From: Eledone cirrhosa
Lineage: Eukaryota
Reading direction: 5' to 3'
DNA: 64,000 nucleotides
Assembly: GCA_964016885.1 (NCBI GenBank)
Contig: OZ024740.1
Location: 349,432,001 to 349,496,000, forward strand
The notes beneath the pieces are model-generated. The model was not told where the DNA came from. It searched no databases and saw only the letters and a list, made by a program, of their open reading frames with translations. Shown piece after piece: positions 1 through 17,882 of this stretch. A program made the position numbers and the translations under genes. How positions within the stretch are numbered: position 1 is the first letter of the stretch; each line of letters opens with the position of its first letter.

Positions 1-601
1 AACAGTATTAACTGTTTCGCTATAATAGTGTGTTAAAGGATATAGCTGCATATTTTAGCGAACAGTCCTTGTAGTACACAAATGTAAACACCTTGACACC
101 ACATGCAGCACTTCTTTGAGAGAAAAAGAAGGATGAGCCGGATTAGTTCGAAACTTGTGTTTGGAGTTCATCAGTTACTGAGTACTTTCTATTACAGGAC
201 ATAGTGATACTATTTAGAAATGCACTATTAAGGGTCTACATATGTTCTGTTATTAATAAAAAAAATTTACAACAGGATGGAAACTGGACTAGCCGATCTA
301 GATCTACGTTTAAACAACTGTTTTTAACTCCACTCCTAAAATAGCAGCTATGTGTGGAAAACGGTGCCTCGACAAATATCATTTTGAATGTCATTTGCTA
401 ACGTAAGTATTTCTCATCAATGAGAGTAAAAACATCATTCCTGGTGATTCGTAAAATGATCTTGTTGATACGTCAAGTCAGAAAAATGTACGTTTCAGCC
501 TCTAGTCTGCTTCCACCCTTATAGATAGGACATGTATGTATGTATGTATGTATGTATGTATGTATGTATGTATGTATGTATGTATGTATGTATGTATGTA
601 T

Positions 602-4850
<4,249 letters not shown>

Positions 4851-4911
4851 TTATGTGGATGGTGGTGGTGATGGTGGTGGCAGTTGATGTGTGTGTTTTT
4901 TTGTTTTTTTT

Positions 4912-6154
4912 CTGATTCTTGCACTGCCCTAGGATTGACTGTCAGTCTCAAGAAAACCGTCGTCATGTACCAACCTGCCCCAGGTCGGCAATACTGTGAA
5001 CCAAATATCTATGTGTATGGTAAACGACTTGGAGTGAGTGGTTGATCAGTTTGTCTACCTGGGAAGCACTGTCAATCGATACAGCAACCTTGATAATGAA
5101 ATCCCACTCAGGATTAGGAAAGCAAGTAATGCTTTCGGAAAGCTAGAAAGGCGACTCTGGGATCGGCGAGACATATGCAAGATGACAAAGGTACAAGGCA
5201 TGTGTGCTCTCTTCTCTTCTTTATGCCTGCGAGACCTGGGTCACATATCGACACCACCTTAAGCAATTGGAGCGTTTCCATCAGATGTGTCTCAGACGGA
5301 TCCATGGCGTTCACGGGAGGGACCACATCAGTGATGTCGAGATTTTGGAAAGCTTTCTGTGTGACAGTATAGAAGCTCTTGTGCTTAAGCAAAGACTCCG
5401 TTGGAGTGGTCACCTTGCCAGGATGAAGGATTCTAGAATACCAAAACAACTCTTTTATGGAGAGTTAGTTAAAGGAAAACGACCTCCAAATATTGCTGCT
5501 GATCGTAATAAATGGAGAAAGACTGTATATGAGGGAAAAGTTGCCTTTGAGGCATCTCGAATCGCATACGAGAAAGTAAAGCGGGATGTGAAGAAGGGCA
5601 TTGCTGTTGCACTTCCAGGCGGCGAAGGTCCTCCTATGGTGCTGACATGCAGCGTATGTGCGAGACTCTGCCTAAGCAAAGCTGGACTCGAAAGTCATCT
5701 TCGCAGTCATAAAGTAAGACCAGTGGTTGACTACCAGGCTGCTGTTGCTACTCATCATGCTTGCCAAGCACGTGATAGAGAATGTAAATCAGCAGGAGGG
5801 CTCAAACGACATGCAAAAGTACATGAACTCCAACCACAGCCGGTTATTCCCAGTGAATGTTTTATTTGCCAAGTCTGTGCAAAACATTTTAGATCATTGG
5901 TTGGGCTGAAAAGCCACATTCGATCGCAGCGCTGTTAGTTGCTATCGTGTGTGTGTGTGTGTGTGTGTGAGTGTGTGTGTGTGAGGGGGGGATGCATGTG
6001 TGTGTGTATGTGTGTGTGTGTGTGTGTGTGTATTATTATTGTTGTTGTCGCTATTATTATTGTTGTTGTTATTATTATTATTATTATTATTATGTTTTGG
6101 GGGTTTTTTTCTCGTGCAATGGCCATACTCGATAACGAAGGGGCAGCCATCATG

Positions 6155-6188
<34 letters not shown>

Positions 6189-6222
6189 TGTATGTATGTA
6201 TGTATGTATGTGTATATATGTA
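4912..6222 (+). mobile_element. 5'-truncated RTE-ZF LINE (copy 2), head-to-tail behind copy 1
   Basis: Starts in the RT C-terminus (CTALGLTVSLKKT). In-frame deletion between RPP and NIAADR. Finger region, 3' UTR, hairpin and (TATG)n tail follow. Confidence 0.93.
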
Positions 6223-6394
6223 TGGATGGAAGGATGGATGGTCACGTAACTCCCTTCTGATGGAGTCACAGGGGTGCCGTATTGACATACGGCATTTCTA
6301 TGGAATATTGTTATTCTGGCAGAGCCCACCTCTCCAGTCTTCCAGAAAAGGATTGAGAATGAGAGAGACAGTGAGAAAGAGATATAGAGGAAGA

Positions 6395-6515
6395 ATCGAC
6401 CCCAGTACTAGACTGGTACTTTTTTATCGACCTCGAATGGATGAAAAGCAAAGTTGACCTTGGTGGGAAAAGCGTTCTATCCCACATTCTAACGACTCTG
6501 CCAATTAACCGCCTT
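6395..6515 (-). mobile_element. tRNA-derived SINE (family A), partial
   Basis: Reverse complement of the core GCCTTTCATCC..GGTCGATAAAA..AGTACCAG that recurs about ten times in the window. Confidence 0.65.
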
Positions 6516-6622
6516 TGGATAAGATAGACTGTGTCTTATTTAAGTTTTTGGGAAAAGCTTTCTAGGAAACATTGGAAAAGTATGTGGAGTGGTTTGATTA
6601 ATGCCTAATGGAAGTGTTTTAA

Positions 6623-6808
6623 TAATTGTTTCTACTTTTGGCAAAAGGCCAGCAATTACCCAGTGCATTACTGGTACTTTATTTTATCGACCCCCATAAG
6701 GATGAAAGACAAAGTTAACCTCGGCGGGATTTGAACTCAGAATGACAAGGACCGTAACTCTATGCGTCAAAGTATGGCGTCCGACCCTCTACCGATACTG
6801 CCAATCCA
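6623..6808 (-). mobile_element. tRNA-derived SINE (family A)
   Basis: A-box-like TGGCAGTATCGG, B-box GAGTTCAAATCC and conserved core. Near-identical to 12270-12447 and 13205-13393. Confidence 0.8.
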
Positions 6809-7481
6809 GTTTGTAGGAAAGCCTTCAAAACCTGTTTTAGAGCTTAGGCTATATACAATCCTATTGTGTTATCAATAGCAGAAATATCCCTCCCAGACTG
6901 TTCTCTGCCAGTGAACGTATGTCTGAATATGTGTGTTTTGTAAAGTATCCATCAATTTTACAAATGTATGAAAAAGAAAAACTACATTTTTAACTTGGGA
7001 ATGATATGGCATATTGTTATTCTGGCAGAGCCCACCTCTCCAAGTCTGGACAGTGTATTATTTAATATAACGGCATTTATTCATTACAAAATGGTGAGCC
7101 ACTTCTTGATTAAGCAAAAACTGGATATGAACCAGTAATAAGTAGAAGCATGATCGAAACAGCCCTGCACACCTTTGATTATATTCCAACCCATATTGAT
7201 TTTAGGATAAAACATTTTTTAAACCCTCGTATACTCCATAAATTCTATTTTAGGATGGCGCAGTATAACGTATCGCATATAATTATAAGTCAAATTTTGA
7301 AGTATCTTTTAATATTCAAGTACATTAATTATATTTACCGAAGTCGGGAAGCTGTGTTGACACACATACTAACAACAACAGGGAACAATGCCGATTCTTT
7401 AGTCAAGACTATAATTACCAAATCCGGTTTCATATATATATAGACATATATGAGAGTTTCTATATATATAGGATTTATATG

Positions 7482-7556
<75 letters not shown>

Positions 7557-7562
<6 letters not shown>

Positions 7563-8273
7563 GAATAGAATAATCGAGTATCGGAAAATCAGCTCACGAA
7601 TTAACGATAAGCAATATCCGATATGAGTGGCAGAGGGCTCAATAATTTGGATAAATCAGAGCTATAACTATCGTTAAATTACCAACACATAGAGATTATG
7701 CCTAAAATCACCCGTGCAGCCGAAAAAGAACGACCAGGAAGATTCGGTTCACTCAAATAAAATATCAATAAATCAATAATTTAAATGAATGTAAAAAACT
7801 TACCCGGACCCGCTAGAAGGGTGTTAAATCTAGCTTCTTGGGTTTCTGCAATTCCTTAATCCGTTCACTATCAGCCCACATAAAATTATATAAGACTTCT
7901 AGGGAAGGAGTGGACCGGAAGAGCTTTATCAACGGGTTCCCTCCGATAATAAAGAAGTGACCTTTAGCCAGACACGCACATGGTGCCCAGCAAGGGAGAT
8001 AACCTCTATATTAGCGAAAAAAATTTCGGTAATGTGGAAACCATGTAGGAATACAAAATATCACATATCGAATCAGAGTGCTCAATAGACATGTTAAAAT
8101 AAACAGGAGCTATTCATCAGTCAATAGAATCGACAAAAAAATGATCAATAAAATTAACTGGTCAATAGCTAGGTCTAGAGCTAAATATAATAGAATAATC
8201 GAGTATCGGAAAATCAGCTCACGAATTAACGATAAACAATATCCGATATGAGTGGCAGAGGGCTCAATAATTT

Positions 8274-8277
<4 letters not shown>
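7557..8277. repeat. ~720 bp unit bounded by ~90 bp direct repeats, embedded in (TA)n
   Basis: AATAGAATAATCGAGTATCGG...AATAATTTGGATA occurs at ~7562-7653 and ~8189-8277, with (TA)n on both outer sides. Confidence 0.75.
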
Positions 8278-8360
<83 letters not shown>

Positions 8361-8396
8361 CATATATGACCCTATATATATGTATATATGTGTGTG

Positions 8397-8483
<87 letters not shown>

Positions 8484-8719
8484 CTAGTTTCTGAGGAATA
8501 CGGTGACATTAATCAGAAATGTTTATATACAGATATAGAGGGATACATCATGTTTGGGTAAACCATGTCCGCCTTTGAAGGAAAAATGAAGTGTGTGCAC
8601 TTCAATAAATGATTCATTTGATATTTCCATCAGACCTCTATTGTTGTTTATTTAATCAGTTATCAGAAAACATATGATCTATTTAACCGCTTGTATTTGT
8701 GATCGGATTCTTTCGGTGA

Positions 8720-9430
8720 TTACTCAATATCCAGGGCCATAGATAAGGGTCGGCACGTATACCGAATTGAAGATAGTGAGTTTCGCTTTTACACCTACCT
8801 CCCTTCTTCTGTTTACCGAATGCTGAAGCTGGTGCATTACTGCACCAGCTCTTGCAATTCTTGCACTTAATCCAGACTCTTGCCTTCCATCACTCGTGAA
8901 AACGGTCCCGAGATATTCGAATGTCTCCACTTGTTTCAGTGGAACTCCATTCACATGTAGAGTGCACTGCGCAGGCTTCCTTGAGAGGACGAGTGTCTGC
9001 AGATTCCAGTCAACTGATTCTACACCTGTGAGTCGTGATACCGCTTCCAACCCGGCTGCGCATGTCAATCCTGATCATGAAAAAATGAACAAAAGAGGTG
9101 ACCATACTCATCCTTGGCGAAGTCCGACTCCCGCGTTGAATGGTTTCGATTTAGCACCATTTATCCGAATACAAATACTTAGGCATTCGTATAGAGACAT
9201 CAGAGCAGCAAGAAGCTGATCATCAATCCCATACTCCTGCAGAACCTTCCACAGCAGGCCTCGTTGAATACGGTCATAAAACTTTTCGAGATCTACAAAG
9301 CTAGAATACATCTCATGGCAGTATTCTCACGATTTTGTCAAACACATGCCGCAGTGTGAATATTCTCGGTAGAGCTGTTCTGATGGAGAACGTGTCGCAG
9401 GTGGCGGATTTGATGATTTGTTGTGATGTA
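8720..9430 (-). pseudogene. Degraded RT fragment of a second RTE-type LINE family
   Basis: FVDLEKFYDRI..LWKVLQEYGI, GVGLRQG, QVETFEYLGTVFTSDG, YVPTLIYG. Confidence 0.85.
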
Positions 9431-9434
9431 AGCC

Positions 9435-10935
9435 ATCAGCTGCCGGACGAATAAGCAACTCTGGACCAACAATGGTAAGCTACAAGGAGAGATAAAGCAA
9501 TGGTTAATACCTGTAGCTCCCAAGAAAACATTGACAACCCGGTAATATAGCTATGACGAGGCGAGTAGAGGTCGCCTCTAAAAAGCCTAGTTTTCACCGT
9601 TTTAAGAAGGTACCAGATTGGTGACTGGCACGAATAAGACCACCATAACCTCAAAATGGTGAGACAAGGAAATTAATCATACCTCATTGCCCTTCGCATG
9701 GGTTAACAAGGGTTTTTTTTCGGCCTTAGATAGAGAAGTCTGTTCGGAAAATGTATTGCAGTTTCCATTTCATGCCGTAAAAACTGGCGGTGAGCCTGCG
9801 ACCTGTCCTGGGAGGCATTGGATGGACTCACAAATATTGCGTATCATGAGATCCCAAAGAGAGTTCGGAAGGAAGAAAACCTTGACAATTGGAACCCGGA
9901 ACATCACAACTCTTACAGGTAAGGAACAATTAGTGGAGGAGGCTAGATATAGTCGGGGTTTCCTCAACAAAGTTCCGTGGCTCTGGTACTGTAAATATGG
10001 ATGGCGGATTGAAACTCCACTATTCAGGTGTGGCACCAGAAATGACTGCATGGGCGTGAGTGGAGATACTTCCAAGTCCCCGGTTATCAGAATGTGTTAT
10101 GGACAGGATAACATTAGGAGTAAGGATTTTCTTCTTGAAACTTAGACTAAAAGATAGGTCTCTGTGGATGGTGCAAGTTTATGCACCAAACAGAATTTGG
10201 TTACAGATTCTTCCTTGATGTAGTCACTGCAGCGTTAAATATAGTTAAGAGTGAGTCATATATCCTAATGGGGGCCTTCAATGTACTGGCTGGCACTAAC
10301 CACATGACATGGAAAGGAGTGATTAGAATAAACTGCGATCCCAATCTAAATACGAATGGAGAGGCCTTATTAGACTTTTGTTTTAGCAATGGACTCTCTA
10401 TTATGAACACCTTCCAGCATAAAGACATCCATAAATATACATGGTATAAGGGGATGCAGGGAATGAGATCAATAACTTATTTTGTTTATGTATCTAGTCT
10501 CTTCGATTCTATGCTGAATGTTCGTGTTAACAGAGGGGCTGAGCTCTTAATTGATCACCATCTAGTTGTCTGCAACTTGAGACTATCTAAAGCCAAAAAG
10601 CCCAAAACACTGGCAGGTCCAAGTCGACCTACTGGATAATGTGGGGAGAGTTGGTGGATAAGGAAGTCTGGACCAGGTATGTAGATACTGTTGCATCCAA
10701 ATTCAGAAAACTCGCTGAGCAATCTGAGGACGTTTAAATGGAATTAACTTTGTTCAGCTCAAAATGTTCTGCTTAGCTGTTAAATGCTGCGGTCGAAAGA
10801 GGCTTGGTGTAGCACTGGATGGCATGAGGACACCTTTGTTCAATTAAGAAGTCAAAGATGTCATCCGTACAAAGAAGGAGATCTACAAAGCTTGGCTTGG
10901 GAATAAATCCTCTTCCGGCACTTGCGATACAAGCA
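9435..10935 (+). pseudogene. 5' UTR and degraded APE endonuclease of the second RTE-type family, back-to-back with the RT fragment
   Basis: IGTRNITTLTGKE, MGAFNV, NGEALLDFC, NTFQHKDIHKYTWY, IDHHLVVCNL. Confidence 0.8.
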
Positions 10936-11064
10936 GTTAGTATTGTTAGTTGTGGGGTGGGCCAAGGGGGTGGAGGCGGTTAAACTGAAGAGTGTGTTAG
11001 TGGTGTTAGTAGGGGATGTGTGTGTGGTGTCGGGGGGGTCCGTTGAAGGCTAAAGGAATAGGGG

Positions 11065-11275
11065 TGGGGAATTCAGGCCGGGGGGAGGGGGTATGTAGGA
11101 TAAAGATGGTGTGTTGTTCGACCGTGAAGCGGGTGGCGGGTGTCCCATGGCATTGGATCAGGCCACAGACTGTGAGGTGGTGGGCGGAATGTCCAGGAGA
11201 GCCAAAGTGGTGGGCGATAGGGGAACTCCAGCCGAAACGAATATCGCGGAGGTGCTCCTTGAACGGATCCGCATG
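11065..11275 (-). pseudogene. Penelope-like GIY-YIG endonuclease C-terminal fragment (not in the ORF track)
   Basis: Manual translation: FKEHLRDIRFGWSSPIAHHFGSPGHSAHHLTVCGLIQC..RFTVEQHTIFILHT, then GLN after a frameshift. Confidence 0.75.
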
Positions 11276-11582
11276 CGGCGTAGGTTGCGAAGTCCGTAGA
11301 CGAGGCTGGAGGGGGTGCAGAGGAAGGGGAGCCGGACAGAGAGATAGTGGCTGTTGGGACCCTGGAAGGTGGTGGTGTTGGTGATGTGGGGGCAGGTGTG
11401 TCAGCGAGGTCAGGAGCAGGGAAGGGAACCGGGGGAGGGAAGAAAAGCGTGTCGGACTGGAGAGAAGAAAAGCGTGTCGAACTGGAAGCGTCGAAAGAGG
11501 CGGGGGATGGTGCGGTGGATGGGTAGGGTGGAGGGGTGGTATGTGATGGGGAAGGGGAGACGGATATATATATATATTTATT

Positions 11583-11646
<64 letters not shown>

Positions 11647-11692
11647 ATTATATATACTTATGTATATACCCATGCACACACATACACACACA

Positions 11693-11772
<80 letters not shown>

Positions 11773-11801
11773 GTTATGTAATACACAACATAAGACAATT
11801 A

Positions 11802-11861
11802 TTCCATTTACCAGTGGTTTCTTAAAAGCAAAAAATTTTGCTTTCAATCATCAGAATGAAA
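11802..11861 (-). ncRNA. Type I hammerhead ribozyme motif
   Basis: Stem I TTTCATT/AATGGAA, core CTGATGA, stem II TTGAAAGCAAAA/TTTTGCTTTTAA, GAAA, stem III ACCA/TGGT, triplet GUA. Confidence 0.8.
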
Positions 11862-11870
11862 AAATCCTGG

Positions 11871-11946
<76 letters not shown>

Positions 11947-11975
11947 GTATATATATATATGTATATATATATATG

Positions 11976-12238
<263 letters not shown>

Positions 12239-12269
12239 ACTTACCTCAACAAAATTTTAAGTCATTAAT

Positions 12270-12447
12270 TTGGCAGTATCGGTAGAGAGTCGGACGCCAT
12301 GCTTTCCAGCATAGTTACGTCCCTTTGCGGACTGAGTTCAAATCCTGCCGAGGTTAACTTTGCCTTTCTTCTTTTCGGTGTCGATAAAATAAAGTACCAG
12401 TAATGTACTGGGTAATTGCTGGCCTTGTGTCAAAAGTAGAATCAATT
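12270..12447 (+). mobile_element. tRNA-derived SINE (family A)
   Basis: TGGCAGTATCGG...GAGTTCAAATCC...GTCGATAAAATAAAGTACCAG. Confidence 0.8.
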
Positions 12448-12695
12448 AATTTTTAGTTTTTAATTCTTATTAATTCTCTTTAATTGTAATACTCAGCATT
12501 TGATAAGATGAATTTTACTAATACATCAAAACCGGTTATAATTTATATATTTTATATATATTATAAAACTTGTTTTAAGAAGAATTGCCCCCCTCATTTT
12601 TTCAATAATGTCACTTTGACAAATCAAAGAAAAGAAAGAAAAGAAAAACAGACGACTAAATATATTTTCCGTGCTATTTCCAATCTCACCTTCTC

Positions 12696-12786
<91 letters not shown>

Positions 12787-13055
12787 TAGGAAAATATTCA
12801 GGACCCCGACGGCAGAGCTCAATCCGTTTCGGTGGCTATTTCTGGACATATATATATATATATACTGATACTTGTCCACGTTTTTTTCTTTCTCTCTCTC
12901 CGTCTTTTTCTTTCTCTCCGTCTTTTTCTAATTGTCCTTAACACTATGACTTATTAAAATAATATAAACAACTCACTATCCGGATGGCTTCCAAAAATAA
13001 TGGTTGCATTTTAATAGGGTACGTCAAAGCTTATTTGTAAAACTGTTATATATTG

Positions 13056-13120
13056 TATTTTGTCTGATGAAGGCATACCATAATTTAATTTGGTATCCCT
13101 GAAATATGTATAATGAAATA
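13056..13120 (+). ncRNA. Type I hammerhead ribozyme motif (same family as 62828-62893)
   Basis: Stem I TATTTTGT/ATGAAATA, core CTGATGA, stem II AGGCATACCA/TGGTATCCCT, GAAA, short stem III, triplet AUA. Confidence 0.7.
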
Positions 13121-13159
13121 AATATGGTTTTATAAATATAGTTTCCATTTATTAATATC

Positions 13160-13190
<31 letters not shown>

Positions 13191-13204
13191 TATATAGATA
13201 TATT

Positions 13205-13393
13205 AATTGTTTCCACTTTTGGCACAAGGCCATCATTTAACCAGTACATTACTGGTACTTTATTTTATCGATCCTGTAATGATGAAAGGCAAAGTTAACC
13301 TCGGCGGGATTTGAACTCAGACCGTAAAGGGACGTAACTATGCTGGAAAGCATGGCGTCCGACCCTCTACCGATACTGCCAATCCACCGCCCT
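13205..13393 (-). mobile_element. tRNA-derived SINE (family A)
   Basis: Same A/B boxes and core as the other family A copies. Confidence 0.8.
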
Positions 13394-13860
13394 TTATATA
13401 TATTAATATATTAATAAAAACATTTGTGTTTATGTCAAAGACTCTCATTCTATAATTAATTGTATACAATGCATATGTTTGTATTATACTGACGTTTAAA
13501 CACAGAAAATGTATTAATAGATATATTGGGTGTGTATAGAGATTGAGGACGGAACATATATCCTTTTGAAGAAGTCGTTGAAATATTCTAAAAATATTAT
13601 ATCTAGTAGTCATGTCTATACGGTGAAGAAAGCCGATTTGGAGCCTCCTAGTTCTAGGTTAGGTCACGTTGTGCGGCATCTTGGACAAGGGTCTACTACT
13701 ATAGCCTTGGGATGGTAATTCAGCAAGCGGTAACTGCAGAAGCCCGCTGTATATATATATATATGTCAGTATAATACAAACATATGCATTGTATACAATT
13801 AATTATAGAATGATAGTCTATATATATATATAGTTATGTAATAAACAGCATAAGATAATT

Positions 13861-13935
13861 AATACATTTACCCATGGTTTCTTGAAGACAGACGAGCTTG
13901 ACACTTATGTCTGCCTTCATTCCTCAGAACGAATT
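13861..13935 (-). ncRNA. Type I hammerhead ribozyme motif (left arm of palindrome 13831-14060)
   Basis: Core CTGAGGA, stem II TGAAGGCAGAC/GTCTGTCTTCA, then GAAACCATGGGTA, stem I AATTCGTT/AATGTATT. Confidence 0.75.
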
Positions 13936-13951
13936 TATTAGCGAATTTATA

Positions 13952-14030
13952 AATTCGTTCTGAGGAATAAAGACAGACATAAGTGTCAAGCTCGTCCGTC
14001 CGTCTTCAAGAAACCATTGGTAAATGAATT
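13952..14030 (+). ncRNA. Type I hammerhead ribozyme motif (right arm of the palindrome)
   Basis: Stem I AATTCGTT/AATGAATT, core CTGAGGA, GAAA, stem III ACCA/TGGT, triplet GUA. Confidence 0.75.
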
Positions 14031-14341
14031 AATTATCTTATGTTGTTTATTACATAACTAAAAAGCTCTTTAGTCTACATAGAGCACTCTCTTTTCCTTT
14101 ACATTTCCTTTACATTTTGTAAACAAAAGCTGAAAATGCGTTGTATCTTATAAAAAAAAACGCGATAATATTGCTTTATGCTGAACTCCATATCTTTTGT
14201 TGAGTTTTTTCGGAATGTTTTAACTGCTGTTTCTTGTAAACGGACATTCTTCTCATTCTGACGTCACTAGCCATGTCTCCATGTGTGTTTATTAATTCAA
14301 TTCCACACGAGGTTTGACTAGCCTGCTTTTAACGTTGTTGA

Positions 14342-14422
14342 GCACTACTGAGGAACGATTCCAACCGTGACTAACCCCACTGAAAAGTTTCGTGAAATAG
14401 TCTTTTTAAGACTATATAGTGC
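14342..14422 (+). ncRNA. Full type I hammerhead ribozyme with a stable stem III
   Basis: Stem I GCACTA/TAGTGC, core CTGAGGA, stem II ACGA/TCGT, GAAA, stem III ATAGTCTT/AAGACTAT, triplet AUA. Predicted cut after 14416. Confidence 0.88.
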
Positions 14423-14672
14423 ATTTGTAGATTTTCCAAATTGACGGATAAGTATTTACTCTTAATTTTATTTTGAGTTAAGATTCTATTAGTTTTTTCC
14501 CCCGGATTACACAAAATCTGTGGATAAAATTTCTGGTCTTGACTTGTTTTGAATTGGGATTAAATTATTTTCCCATATCTTACGTTAAATATTTTTCATC
14601 TTGACATAATAGTCACTTATATGTCTGAATTACTGTTGGCTTCTTGCTTACATTAATTTCTCTATTTTCATT

Positions 14673-14761
<89 letters not shown>

Positions 14762-14954
14762 CCGACTGAACACGCACGTTATTTTTCTTTCCTCATTTTC
14801 CCCGTTCCTTCCTCTTATCACATTCTATTTATCTTCTATTTATCTTTCTATTCTATTTATCTTTCTATTTATCTTTCTATTTATCTTTCTATTTATCTTT
14901 CTATTTATCTTTCTATTTATCTTTCTATTTATCTTCTATTTCTAAGTCTATCCT

Positions 14955-14983
14955 CTGATGAAGGACTAGTGTCGGAAACGTTA
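14955..14983 (+). ncRNA. Degenerate minimal hammerhead in a PLE-like terminus
   Basis: CTGATGAAGGACTAGTGTCGGAAACGTT; stem I is poorly paired. Confidence 0.45.
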
Positions 14984-15489
14984 AAACTCTCTTCCTGCTA
15001 TTTCAAACTAATATATTTCCTCCATGTACGGTGCCGTTTGTTTTGTTATTTTTGATATATCTGTTTACCTTTTACACACACACGCATACATATACAATAT
15101 ATATATATAACCAAAGTTTATATTGTTCGTTGATTATTCAACGAATACAATTTTACAGTAGATTAGAAGCACTCGACAGACATTTTCTGGAGTATTTAAT
15201 ATTATTCAAAATATTAATAATGAAAAATATTCTCAGAATATATATTTTATTATACATATTTAAAAGTACAATGGTGTTTCAGTACCTTTTCATCAGATAA
15301 AATATATGAGAGACATACCGCTACAGTTTTCATTATTCAATTCCTGTAGTGGTATGTCGCATATCCAATCTCTCTCATATATTTTATCTGATGAAAACGT
15401 ACTGAAACATCATTGTACCTTTGAAATATGTATAATAAAAAATATATTTTGGTTATGAGAATATTTATCATTTATTAATATTTTGAATA

Positions 15490-15523
<34 letters not shown>

Positions 15524-15723
15524 TCAGAAGAGATTGTTTTGGTAAAAACAGGAGTAAGCAGGAGAAAGCTCTCAACAATCGTAGCTTTTAGTCACGATAG
15601 AGAATTTTATAAAAATGATAAAATAAGATGCTGAGGTTACATATATCGTTTAAATGTCTGCTGGGCAGACAAGCAATAGAACGTGTGTTTTTTTCTTCCA
15701 GCGACATATCAAACATATCGGAT

Positions 15724-15803
15724 ATCATCTGAGGATACCGTTCTCATAACAACAGCAAATGCATCCCGATTGCATGGATAACCGTGGAAATAAGTATAAT
15801 GAT
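15724..15803 (+). ncRNA. Type I hammerhead ribozyme motif
   Basis: Stem I ATCAT/ATGAT, core CTGAGGA, stem II TACCGTT/AACCGTG (one mismatch), GAAA, triplet AUA. Lies inside inverted repeat 15611-15843. Confidence 0.7.
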
Positions 15804-15867
15804 TAAACGATATATTTAACCTCAGCATCTTATTTTGTCATTTATATATATATATATATAGATATAT

Positions 15868-15946
<79 letters not shown>

Positions 15947-16102
15947 CAGAAGATCCCGTTAATGCTGAAAGCAGCAATTCTTTACTTAAACTTTAATCTG
16001 TTATGTTAATAAATATTTGCTCTATGGTTCTTATATATTTGATATATATTTATCCTTATCGAGCCCTCTTTGGATTTTAGTCTTCACATTTATTATTATT
16101 AC

Positions 16103-16236
<134 letters not shown>

Positions 16237-16675
16237 ATATATGTATATACATATATATATATGTGTGTGTGTGTGAAAATTAAGAGTAGTTACTTCATCA
16301 TAATTGCTTTATTGCATGATATATATTTCTGGTACATGGTTATGCATGGGATTTCATCATATGCTCATACAATCATAGGTGTAGTTATGCAATCATGGGG
16401 ATATGTCGCTGGTCATGTATTACCATCAAGTTGTGATGCAAGCAGACATATGTCGTACATTTTTTCTGCAAATTCTTTAATTGCACCTTTTTGTTTCCAC
16501 TTATGTATTTTTTCAAAATTTTATTTATTAGTTATAAAAAGTAAATGACACCATTGTAGTTGTCTCCTGGCAACCAATATTTTTAGACTCAGTCGGCCAC
16601 TACATACATACATACATACATACATACATACATACATACATACATACATACATACATACATACATACATGCATAC

Positions 16676-16826
16676 ATGGTGGCTGCCAACTCGTTTTCGA
16701 GTACGGCCACTACTTTATATCCATGTAAGAGAACCCCTACCGATGCGCTGAACGAGTGTAACTTTTTAGTCCAGCCAGAGACTTGAAAACTCTGGTACAA
16801 ACACTACACTTGTGACAATTATTGAC
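16676..16826 (-). mobile_element. 5'-truncated bipartite RTE-derived non-autonomous element
   Basis: Matches the 3' 150 nt of the units at 16903-19169; (CATA)n on both sides. Confidence 0.85.
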
Positions 16827-16902
16827 ATACATACATACATACATACATACATACATACATACATACATACATACATACATACATACATACATACATACAT
16901 AC

Positions 16903-17491
16903 ATGGTGGCTGCCAACTCGTTTTCGAGTACGGCCACTACTTCATATCCATGTAGGGGTACCCCTACCGATGCGCTGAACGAGTGTGACTTTTTAGTCCA
17001 GCCAGCAACTTGAAAACTCTGTTACAAACACTACACTTGTGACAATTATTGACACAGTGCTGGGCCCATGGTACCATGTGACGACAAGTGCAGAGAGATC
17101 TCCAGATATAAAGCAATGCCTGTGCCGTGAAGCTTTTATAGTGAGCAAAGGCACTGCACAAAGCCAGTCCCACTCTCTTAACCAAGATGATATTTACCAA
17201 AAAGAAGAACAAGTCAACATCATTGGATACCATCAGGGTTGCAAGTATTATATCAGAGTTTTCCTTCTCCTAGAATTCTGCCTTGACAAAGGCTAAGGGG
17301 TCATCTCTCCCGGTGATTTTGGATGGGCATTGACTCTTAAGAGCTCCTTTGCCCTTTGACAGGTTTTGTTTTTAGTCCTGCAGGATGTCCAAAGTCACCC
17401 TCCTCACCAAGAAACCTTGGTGGGGTCGCCAATTTAGTCGCCAACGACCCGACCATGAGACAGGTTGTACTGGTGCTACTGGTAACATGTA
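16903..17491 (-). mobile_element. Bipartite RTE-derived non-autonomous element with a short 5' inversion
   Basis: Near-identical to the next two units; 17474-17491 is an inverted piece of the 5' end. Confidence 0.88.
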
Positions 17492-17882
17492 TATACATAC
17501 ATACATATATACACACATACATACATACATACATACATACATACATACATACATACATACATACATACACACATACATACACACATATATACATATATAT
17601 ACATACATACACATACACATACATACATACATATACATATACACATATATACACAGATACACACACATATATATATACACATACACACATACATATACAT
17701 ACATATATATATATATACATATATATACATATACATATATATACACACATACATATATATACATATATACATATATATATATACACACATACACACATAC
17801 ATATATACATATATACATATACATACACATACATATACACATATATACACATACATACATACACATATACATACATATATAT

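Noticed and set aside
8060-8130. Hammerhead on the minus strand
   Set aside because: CTGATGA is present but the GAAA position reads GAGC.
10940-11560. GC-rich island or plus-strand ORFs
   Set aside because: Largely explained by the minus-strand PLE endonuclease remnant and its C-rich flanks.
15265-15420. Inverted pair of hammerhead-like cores (CTGATGAAAA..CTGAAAC)
   Set aside because: Stems I and II barely pair; at most a decayed motif, so not counted.
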